Below are positions 55,629 to 64,000 of a stretch of DNA of 64,000 bases, piece after piece. The notes beneath the pieces were generated by a model. The model was not told the DNA's origin, searched no databases, and saw only the letters and a program-made list of their open reading frames with translations. The stretch covers positions 2,432,001 to 2,496,000 of the forward strand of contig CM000154.2 of NCBI GenBank assembly GCA_000004695.1, written 5' to 3'. The DNA comes from Dictyostelium discoideum (Eukaryota). Each line of letters opens with the position of its first letter. Within the stretch, counting starts at the first letter, position 1. The position numbers and the translations under genes are program-made.

Positions 55629-55833
55629 TAAAATGAAAAAATAAAAAAAAAAAAAAACAAAAACAAATAAAATGTTTTAAAAAAAAAACTTTTTTTTTTT
55701 TTTAAAAAATAATTAACAAAAAATTAAAATGTTAAATTATTTTTTTTTTAGATATAAAAATTTTCATTTGATATTTTTAGTGCAATTGGGCGGACTTGGT
55801 GATGAGTTGGGTGTTGGAAAATTTTTCTGATTC

Positions 55834-55872
<39 letters not shown>

Positions 55873-55903
55873 AAAATTTTAGTTATTATCAATAAATTGA
55901 AAA

Positions 55904-56857
55904 ATGAGTAACATCGATGAAAGTAAAAAAAAAGATAAAAATATTAATAATGAAGAAACTTCATTAAATCAAATAACATCATCACTTTCAATGATTTCTT
56001 TAACTCCATCAATACCTCCATCAACACCACCATCAACACCAAATAATAACAATAAAAATAAAACATTTAATAACAGTGGTAGTGCAATTAAAAATAATTT
56101 TAATAATAATGGATCAATTATAGGAGAAAGAGCAGTTCAATATTTTGGATATTTAGTATTATCACAAGGTCATATATGGAGAGCCACGACATCAAATGAT
56201 ATTGGTATTGATGGTCAAATTGAATTTGTTAATAATTTTTCAAGAAAAGGTAGTAAAGCTATAATTTGTGGAGTTCAATTAAAAGCAACGGTTGTAGATA
56301 AAAATGCTTCAATTAATATTGAATCTGTAAATTATTGGATTAAATATCCATTACCAGTTATAGTAGTTCAAATTTATTTTAAACAACCAATTAATTCATT
56401 ACCAACTTGTTTATTCTTAACAAAAGAACAAGTTCAAAGTTATATAAATTCAACAACTTTAAATACACCTAATAAAAATTCATCTTCATCATCTTCAACT
56501 TTTTCTTATTTTTCACCTGTTCAATCACCATCACCATCACCATCATCATCATCGAATTCCTTAATGACAATGGTTATTGAGTCAAGAGTATTTGATAAAA
56601 ACAAAGCAAAGGATTTCTCATGTGATGCAGTTCAAGAATATTGTATTGAATATATGAGAAATAATTATGTAAATTTTATTGATAATAGATTTCAAGATTA
56701 TTTAAAAATTCAAGAATATTCAAAAATGAAAGCTGATCAAATTTGGAAAGATTTAGTTCATAAATTTTTAAAACTAAAACCAACTTATAATTTAAAAGAA
56801 GTTATAGTTTTTAATTTAAATAATATTAATAACAATAATAACAATAATAATGATGAA

Positions 56858-56921
<64 letters not shown>

Positions 56922-57496
56922 GTTTTAATGATGATGATTATGAAAATGATGACAATGAAACTTTTTTAATAAATATTCAAAATTTATTCGAATTCCCATT
57001 TTCAATAATTCAAGATAATCATAGAGATTATTTAAAAGAACAATTAATTGAATTTGGATATGACCATAATGTATCACTAAGAAATATTTGTGATCAAATT
57101 TACCATTTATATAACAATAATAATAATAATAATAATAATAATGAATTTATTAATTTATCAAAATGGTTTAGTTATTTATATTGTATTTTAAATATTGATC
57201 CAATTAAATCAATTGAAAATGATATTTTAGAGATTAATTTAAATTCATCAATTAAAAAAGATATTATTTACATAGAGATTTTAATTTTAGAAATTTGTGA
57301 TTTCATATTACCAAATTATTATAAAGAAATTATTACAACTCAAACAACTGCAAAATTAATAATTATTAAAAATATTATAAATCTTTCAAAAACTAGTAGT
57401 AGAGGTGGTGGTGGTACTGATGGCGGTAGTGACGGTGGTGTTAATGAATTATTAAATAATTCCATAAATTTATTAAAAAAACAAATAAATAAATAA
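55904..57496 (+). CDS. N-rich hypothetical protein (530 aa) with a PD-(D/E)xK-like (DUF4365-like) core.
   Basis: Single exon. The region GERAVQYFGYLVLSQGHIWRATTSNDIGIDGQIEFVNN...GSKAIICGVQLKAT has the D...(D/E)xK arrangement and the 'NDxGIDGxIE...VQxK' pattern of restriction-endonuclease-fold DUF4365 proteins. It is flanked by poly-N/poly-S low complexity. Confidence 0.55.
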
Positions 57497-57573
57497 AATA
57501 CAAATAAATAAATAAAATACAAATAAATAGGTTTATAATTTTTTTATTTTTATTTTTATTTTTATTTTTTTGA

Positions 57574-59100
57574 TTAAATTCTATTATTATCATGTAATAA
57601 TCTTAATAATGAATCAGTTACTGAATTATCTCTTGATTCTTTAATTGAATTTGATATACCATAACCAAGTATTATAGGTTTACTATTATTATTATTATTA
57701 TTATGATTTTTATTATTGATTGAATTTGAATCATTATTCTCAACAGTTAAAACATGTAAATATAATGAACTATCAGTACCTCTATTAATTTCTTTAACTA
57801 AATGAATTTGACCAGGTCTTTTTGAATGTTGATTTAAAACGGTTTGTAATCTACCAATATGAGAGAACCCAACACAATCATGTAAAATTAATGTTGAAAA
57901 CCAAGCTGGTACATTATTTTTAGAGGTTTGATATACATCAGCTCCTAATTGTTTTTTATAATATTCCCAAATTGAACTTGGATTTTTATAAAGATGTAAA
58001 TCTTGATTTTCAATTGGTGCTTGATATGATTGATTTTTCATCATTAAATTTGATGATGATGTTGATGTTGATGTTGTTGATGGATCTGATTTATTATTTT
58101 CATTTTCTTTATATATATTTTGTTGTTGTTGTTGATTTTGATTTTGATTTTGATTTTGATTTTGATTTTGATTTTGATTTTGATTTTCTATAGTATTAAT
58201 TTTTATTTTTTTTTTTAATAAAAATTTTTTATAATTCGCAAATAAATGATCAAATTCATATTGTGATAATGAATCTAAATATTCAGTGAATAAAGGTAAA
58301 ATTTTGTCTTCAATAGCTGATTCACCTTGATCTAGATAAACTGAACCAATGAATGACATGAATGTGACGTAATATAATTGTTCATATTTTTGATTTGGTA
58401 ATTTATTTGATAACTTTTTGATGTATCCTTGAAGATTTAAATATTGAAAAGTATTGGCAATGACAACATGGGATATAAAGAATGAGTTTATAGGTATTAC
58501 ATAGTTATTGGTGACATTTGGGTATCGTTTAAATAGATATTTACAAACTACTAATGGAAATATCTTTGATGCTTCTGCGAAATATTTACCAGTGATTAAT
58601 GTTTTATTATCTTTTGAAAAGGTTACCGCTGTTGAAAATGAATTGGAAAGTAATTGATTATCGTTGAATTTCAATCCATTGAATGTATTCTCTATCTTTT
58701 TAATTAAAATATTTTTACTTATAACATTTGGTACAATTTCTTCGGAAAATTTATTCTTACAAAATTGACTATTACCAATATGTGTTGAATCTAATAAATT
58801 TTCATTTTCATCTTTAAAACTATATGATTCATTATTATTTTCATTATTATTATTATTATTATATTTATTATTATTATTTAAATTATTATTATTATTATCA
58901 TTATCATTATTATTTAAATTATTATTATCACTATCATTTATTTTAAATTTTATAAAATTTGGATTATTTTTGGAAAAATATAATTTATTTGAAATTGTAA
59001 AATTTAAATTTAATTTATTATAACTATTTAAATTTGAAATAATATTGGTTATAAATTTTTTATTGGTATTTACACATAATCTATTTGTTAAAGATATCAT
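57574..59100 (-). CDS. RNase III-like domain plus dsRBD protein (mitochondrial ribosomal protein L44/Mrpl3-like), 508 aa.
   Basis: Single exon starting at ATG 59100. N-terminal N-rich leader, a central degenerate RNase III-like helical domain (LLSNSFSTAV...FMSFIGSVYLDQGES) and a C-terminal dsRBD-like segment (PGQIHLVKEINRGTDSSLYLHVLTV...PIILGYGISNSIKESRDNSVTDSLLRLL). Contains a (QN)8 tract. Confidence 0.55.
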   Translation of the reverse strand: MISLTNRLCVNTNKKFITNIISNLNSYNKLNLNFTISNKLYFSKNNPNFIKFKINDSDNNNLNNNDNDNNNNNLNNNNKYNNNNNNENNNESYSFKDENENLLDSTHIGNSQFCKNKFSEEIVPNVISKNILIKKIENTFNGLKFNDNQLLSNSFSTAVTFSKDNKTLITGKYFAEASKIFPLVVCKYLFKRYPNVTNNYVIPINSFFISHVVIANTFQYLNLQGYIKKLSNKLPNQKYEQLYYVTFMSFIGSVYLDQGESAIEDKILPLFTEYLDSLSQYEFDHLFANYKKFLLKKKIKINTIENQNQNQNQNQNQNQNQNQQQQQNIYKENENNKSDPSTTSTSTSSSNLMMKNQSYQAPIENQDLHLYKNPSSIWEYYKKQLGADVYQTSKNNVPAWFSTLILHDCVGFSHIGRLQTVLNQHSKRPGQIHLVKEINRGTDSSLYLHVLTVENNDSNSINNKNHNNNNNNSKPIILGYGISNSIKESRDNSVTDSLLRLLHDNNRI

Positions 59101-59400
59101 GTTTTTTAATTATTTAATCCGTAACAAATTTGATCCATTCAAATTGTCGTTTTTTGAAAAAAAAAAATAAAAAAAATTAAAATAAAAATAAAAAAAAATA
59201 AAAATAATTTTTTTTTTTTTTTTTTTTTTTTTTCACTTTTTTTTTTTTTTTCACCCCAACCCAAAAAAAAGAACCCCTTTTTTTTTTTTTTAATTTTTTA
59301 ATTTTTTAATTTTTTTATTTTAAATTAAAGTTTATTATAATAATAATAATAAATAAAACTTTAGAAAGAATATTTAAAGTGTTATTATTCTTTAAATAAA

Positions 59401-59685
59401 ATGTCAAATAATAGTAATAAAAGTAAAGAAGTTTCAATATTTTTATATAGAAATTTAGTAAGACAATGTTCAAAGATTGATAAGAACCCACAATACAAAC
59501 AATACTTTGTTACACCAAAATCATTAAGACCAGGTTTACCAACATTCTTTTTACCAAGTGTATCTTTTTTACAAAAATTAAAAATTAAGTTTAGAGAAAG
59601 TTGCAATGAAAATTTAAAAACAAATGATATTGTTGTATGTATTATAATTATAATTATAATAATAAATAGAATGATTAATTATTAA
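59401..59685 (+). CDS. Small LYR-motif-like protein. The 3' end is uncertain; it may splice at 59634 into the downstream AlgH gene.
   Basis: ATG at 59401. Reads MSNNSNKSKEVSIFLYRNLVRQCSKIDKNPQYKQYF... (L-Y-R ... K ... F signature of the LYRM/Complex1_LYR family). A GTATGT donor in phase 0 sits at 59635, right before the I-run that ends the unspliced ORF. Confidence 0.4.
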   Translation: MSNNSNKSKEVSIFLYRNLVRQCSKIDKNPQYKQYFVTPKSLRPGLPTFFLPSVSFLQKLKIKFRESCNENLKTNDIVVCIIIIIIIINRMINY

Positions 59686-59717
59686 TGATTCATATATATA
59701 AACTAATAATAAATAAA

Positions 59718-59749
<32 letters not shown>

Positions 59750-59843
59750 GAGAATAAATTCATCAATCAGCGACGGTTTTGCTGTTTTAAAGAATATAAA
59801 TTTATCAAAATATGCAAACTATGAATCGAATCAAGAACAAATT

Positions 59844-60824
59844 ATGTCGCAGATGAAAAATTTTTATAATAGGATAGGTGGTTTAAATAATGAGCATGAA
59901 ATTGATCCAACTATACCTCAAAAATCAAGACCACTAAATTCCCAAATAAATAATAATAATATAAATAATAATATAAATAATAATAATAATACCACAATAA
60001 ATACTAAAGAAATTAAAAATAAAGAAGAATCAAAAGTAGAACCAAAAATAACATCATCAACCTCACCAACCTCACCAACAACTCCAACAACAGAAACAGC
60101 AACTTCATCATCATCATCATCAACAACATCAGAAGATTCATTTAAAGGAAGTAAATTAACAAAAAGAGAACAAATAAAATTACAAAAACAACAATTATTA
60201 GAGAAACAAAAAGAAGTTAAAGATAGAAAATTTTGGCCAATCAAAAATAATATTGAAGAAATTGGTGAAGGGGAAGAGGAGGAAGAAGAAGGAGAACAAG
60301 AAAAAGGACAAGAAAATGGTGTAGTTAGATATAGTTCAATTAAACCTGGTACAATTTTAATCTCTCATCCATCATTAGGTGAACATTTGAATAAAAAGGT
60401 TGTATTGATCACTCATTCAATTGGTGGTCATCATTATGGTTTCTTTATTAATACTCCAATTCAAACTGGTGCAGCATTATCATACATTGATTTCGAAATG
60501 AAAACACACTACGACAGAGCAGCAGTAGAAGCCAATCGTTCTAAAAACTTTTCAAGACTCTTTATATACGCATTGAAAAGACCAATTGGTCCATTAAAAA
60601 CTTTAAATTGGAATTTAGGTGGTCTTCAATCAATTACTGATCATTCTGTTTTATCACGTGGTTTTGATGGTTTAAATTGTACTCAAATCGTTCATCCTTA
60701 TTCAAATTTATCTGGTTCTAAAAAAATTAGAGATGGTTTATATATTGGTGGCAAATTAAAAGAAGTTGGGTAAGTTATTATTATTATTATAATTATTAAA
60801 AAAAATAATCAAAACAAGAATTAA

Positions 60825-60875
<51 letters not shown>

Positions 60876-61112
60876 AAAAATAGAGATAAAATTAGAAATA
60901 AAGAAATTGATAAAAATAAATTATTAATGTTTGTAGGTTGTTCTACATGGAATCCAGGACAACTTGAAAAAGAAATTAAAGAAGGTGCTTGGTTTAGAGC
61001 AGATTGTAGTAACGAAACAATTCTTAAACAATTAAAACCAAAAAATTTTTGGGCTGAAGCATTGGAATCAATGGGTGGTGATTATAGCGATTTAGTTAAA
61101 ACTCATTTTTAA
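59844..61112 (+). CDS. AlgH/YqgE (DUF179, UPF0301) family protein. join(59844..60769,60884..61112); the 5' end is possibly extended.
   Basis: After a low-complexity N-terminus comes the DUF179 core: GTILISHPSLGEHLNKKVVLITHSIGGHHYGFFINTPI... The C-terminal exon encodes ...LLMFVGCSTWNPGQLEKEIKEGAWF..., the signature 'F-G-Y-(A/S)-G-W-x-x-G-Q-L-E-x-E' of the family. GTAAGT donor at 60770 (phase 2). The acceptor is AG 60882-60883; AG 60894-60895 is an equally phased alternative. Confidence 0.65.
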
Positions 61113-61170
61113 AATAATAAATTTAATCTTTTTTTTTTTTTTTAATAAATAATAATCCATGTTTAAAGGT

Positions 61171-61211
<41 letters not shown>

Positions 61212-61462
61212 AATAAATAAAAAAAATTAATAAATAAAATCTTTATTTAAATCTATCTTTAAAATGAAAATAAATTGGTTTGGATGAATGTTTTTCAAAT
61301 TGTATTTTTGTGATTGTAATAGTTGATAAGAGGAGATTGGTGAGTTTAAAATTGTAACGACGTAAAGATATAAATACCAATTCACGTAATTCATTTTGTG
61401 TAAGTATACCATTTCTAAAATTATCATTTGAGTTTGATTTTGATTTTGAATCTGTTTTCTTT

Positions 61463-62029
61463 TTAAAGATATACATATGGTTTGATAAAAGATATTCTAA
61501 TGTGAAAATTTGTTGTTGGGAAACTGCAATTATTAAACAATTCTATATCACTATATTCTAAATTCTCTAATAGTTTATCACCACCACCAATCGTTATTAT
61601 ATATTTCAACATTTTTAAACTTTTATAATTAAAAACTTTAAAATTATCATTAAATTTATTAATTTTATTTTTGTTTTTTTTATATATTAATTTGATAAAT
61701 GATTTTAATGCTACTAAATTTGATGATTGAATAATTTTAATAAATAATTCATTAAGATTAAAGTTTTTTGAATAATATTCATTATTACCAAATAATTGAT
61801 TATAAAATAGTTCATCCTTTTTAATTAGTTCTAAGATCAAATTTGGGAATGTTTCTCTAATAATACCTGTAATTTTAATTTCAAAAAATAAATATTGATT
61901 ATTTTTGACTTTATCTTTTAAAATTTCAATACCATTTGTATATTTAGATAAAATTTCTGAAACATTATATAATCTATCATATGAATAAATATTTGAAAAT
62001 TCAAAATTTGAATATATAATTTTATTCAA
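61463..62029 (-). CDS. Hypothetical protein fragment/exon; the ORF is open further upstream and no ATG was identified.
   Basis: A 188-codon open frame whose track 'M' is a TTG. The reading frame stays open upstream to ~62090. No recognizable domain. It overlaps another minus-strand ORF (61243..61476) in a different frame. Confidence 0.25.
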   Translation of the reverse strand: MNKIIYSNFEFSNIYSYDRLYNVSEILSKYTNGIEILKDKVKNNQYLFFEIKITGIIRETFPNLILELIKKDELFYNQLFGNNEYYSKNFNLNELFIKIIQSSNLVALKSFIKLIYKKNKNKINKFNDNFKVFNYKSLKMLKYIITIGGGDKLLENLEYSDIELFNNCSFPTTNFHIRISFIKPYVYL

Positions 62030-62618
62030 AAATTTATTTCTATAAAATTTCCAAAGTTTATTTCTATTTTTAAAAAAAAAAAAAAAAAATAATATAAAAA
62101 AATAAAAAAAAAATTTTCATTCACAAAACAAGTAAGCCCATCTTTTTCTTAAAAAAAAAATGAAAATATATTTATTTTTTTTAGTGGAGCAACAACACTT
62201 TTTTCTCTTTTAAAAATTAGCGATCCCTTTTTTTTTTTTTTTATCGTATGGAGAAGTGGACTTGATGCTAATGAAGTAATGGGGTACCAATAAAAAAAAA
62301 TTGTTGCATTTCTCAACACAATTTTTTTTTCGTGACACCTCCTTGCATTTTTTTTTGCTCGTGCCCGTTCGATATTTTGTGATAAAAAAAAAAAAAAACA
62401 AACGAAAATTTTTTTAATTTGTATCTCGAAAAATGATCTCTTCAAAATCAAAAAAACATTACGAAAATAATTCTTTTTTTTTTTTTAAGTTTAAAATTTT
62501 GATTTTGACGCAAATTGATTGTAATTTTTTTTTTTTTCTCAACCATACTCTTTTTTTTTTATATATAAAAATAATTTTTTTTTTTTTATATTAAAATAAA
62601 TAAAACAAAAATAATAAC

Positions 62619-64000
62619 ATGAGAAATAAATATATAATATTTTTATATTTATTTGTAATAATATCACAGATTTATTGTAGTGATCCTCCAAAATGTAAAA
62701 CAACAAAAAATGTTTACAAGGATAGTCAGGTATTTGGAGATGGAGATTCTAAAGAAAAGAATGTGGAATGGTGGTTTTTAGAGCAATTGAGTCACAGTAA
62801 AGGTGCTATTTATACTGATAGCACATTAAAAGAAATGAATTCAGAGATTAATGAAATAGTTGATTTTAATATTAGAGATCCAAATACAACAAAACCAAAC
62901 CCGATTACATCAACATACAAACAGAGTTTACCAAATGAATCTGGTGCTATTTTATTTAATAGTTTATCTTATAATGATCAACCCAGTCATGGTGATAATA
63001 GTGTTTGTGTTAATTATTTTATCTTTTTTTTTTTTTTTTTTTTTTTTTTGATTATTATTTTGTTGTTAATAGTTTTCTAATATTTTTATTTTATTTTTAT
63101 TTTTTTTATTTATTTATTTATCTAAAAAAAGGCACATGCAAAAGGATTTTTCATTTGGAATGAAAATGGGGGAATTCATGTAATTCACAGTGTTCCAAAA
63201 TCTCCAGAAACAGGATATGAACCTCTTTTTAATTTCAATGAAAATACTTTAAATAATCAACATGCTCAACATTCAATTTGTATAACTTTGTCAAAAGAAG
63301 AACTTTATATTATTCCAAAGTATATTATTTATAGTAATTTAAATATTCAAACCATTAATACAGTTTCAACAGTAAATGGTAATAAAAAGGTATCATCAGC
63401 CAATTATTATTCCGAAAATCTCCAAACAAAGGTTGAAAGGATAAGCACAGGAGTCATTAAGTTGGAAAAAATTAATAGTACAATTTTAGCATCACAAATT
63501 CCCAAAACTTTTAAAGAATTGGATAGTCTAATGAGTGAATATATTTTTGTTGGAAAAAATAATGATGGTGATCCTGATATATGGGATGGAATTATTTATT
63601 TAAATAAATGGTCACAATTGGTAAGTAATTTTAATTATAAATTTGTGTTAATAAATCATCAAACTTACATTCTTAAAATAGGCAGATTTAATTCTAGACA
63701 AAGATATTACATCATCAGATACAGCTCAAAATCCTCTTGAAACAAATGTTCACTATAATAAAATTTATGAGAGTAAAAATAAAGGGGATTACTTCATTCA
63801 AACAACAAATAAATACCTCTATAAAGAGTATAATGAAAAAATTGAGGAAAATATTAAATTTTTAATAATTTGGCATTATATAGATAATTTTAAAAATGGT
63901 AATAATTTTAAAACAATGGTCCATACTCAAACAAAGGTTTCAAAAAGTAAAAATGCAATTTCTCAAGCAGTTGAATCAATTTATCTTTCTTACAGATTCG
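62619..64000 (+). CDS. Deoxyribonuclease II (acid DNase), 5' partial at the window end. join(62619..63008,63132..63620,63682..>64000).
   Basis: Signal peptide MRNKYIIFLYLFVIISQIYC. VEWWFLEQLSHSKGAIYTDS is equivalent to VDWFVVYKLP...YKYLDE. With a donor at 63009 the junction reads LSYNDQPSHGDNSVC|AHAKGFFIWNENGGIHVIHSVPKSP, aligning residue-for-residue with human [50 protein letters not shown] donor at 63621 and acceptor AG 63680-63681. Confidence 0.8.

Noticed and set aside
61243-61476. 77-aa minus-strand ORF overlapping 61463..62029.
   Set aside because: Short and basic, it overlaps another poorly supported ORF and has no ATG context or domain; not reported as a feature.

Overview
AT-rich (~78% A+T) eukaryotic nuclear DNA with the hallmarks of a Dictyostelium-type social amoeba genome: long poly(A)/poly(T) runs, (AAT)n/(ATT)n/(AAAT)n microsatellites, short AT-rich introns with GTAAGT/GTATGT donors and AG acceptors, and poly-N/poly-Q tracts in proteins. 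It is not a prokaryotic locus, so there are no operons, CRISPR arrays or defence islands to find. I hand-spliced about 30 protein genes on both strands, including:
- an FAD-dependent geranylgeranyl-reductase-like oxidoreductase
- a hotdog-fold thioesterase
- a short-chain dehydrogenase/reductase
- a WD40 protein
- a mitochondrial MnmG/MTO1 homolog
- a GRIP-domain golgin
- three histone-H2A-fold genes clustered within 6.5 kb, two with long unusual N-terminal tails
- a gankyrin-like ankyrin protein
- a Thg1-like tRNA-His guanylyltransferase-family protein
- an arginase-family ureohydrolase
- an mRNA capping enzyme built as a Cet1-like (TTM) RNA triphosphatase fused to a guanylyltransferase
- an MFS transporter and a COX20 homolog
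- a tandemly duplicated pair of ~1300-aa multipass membrane proteins with a near-identical internal tract
- a Ski3/TTC37-like TPR protein (~1800 aa)
- a T4-Rnl-type RNA ligase
- an N-rich protein with a PD-(D/E)xK-like (DUF4365-like) core
- an RNase III-like + dsRBD (MRPL44-like) protein
- a LYR-motif ORF next to an AlgH/DUF179 protein
- DNase II, truncated at the window end
Non-coding items: a 100-nt assembly gap embedded in non-local, transposon-like sequence; a candidate box C/D snoRNA; a palindrome-cored tandem repeat; and several GC-richer islands without ORFs. All assignments rest on motif recognition and manual translation; no database search was run. Several 'M' starts in the supplied ORF track are actually TTG codons, so true starts were re-derived where possible.
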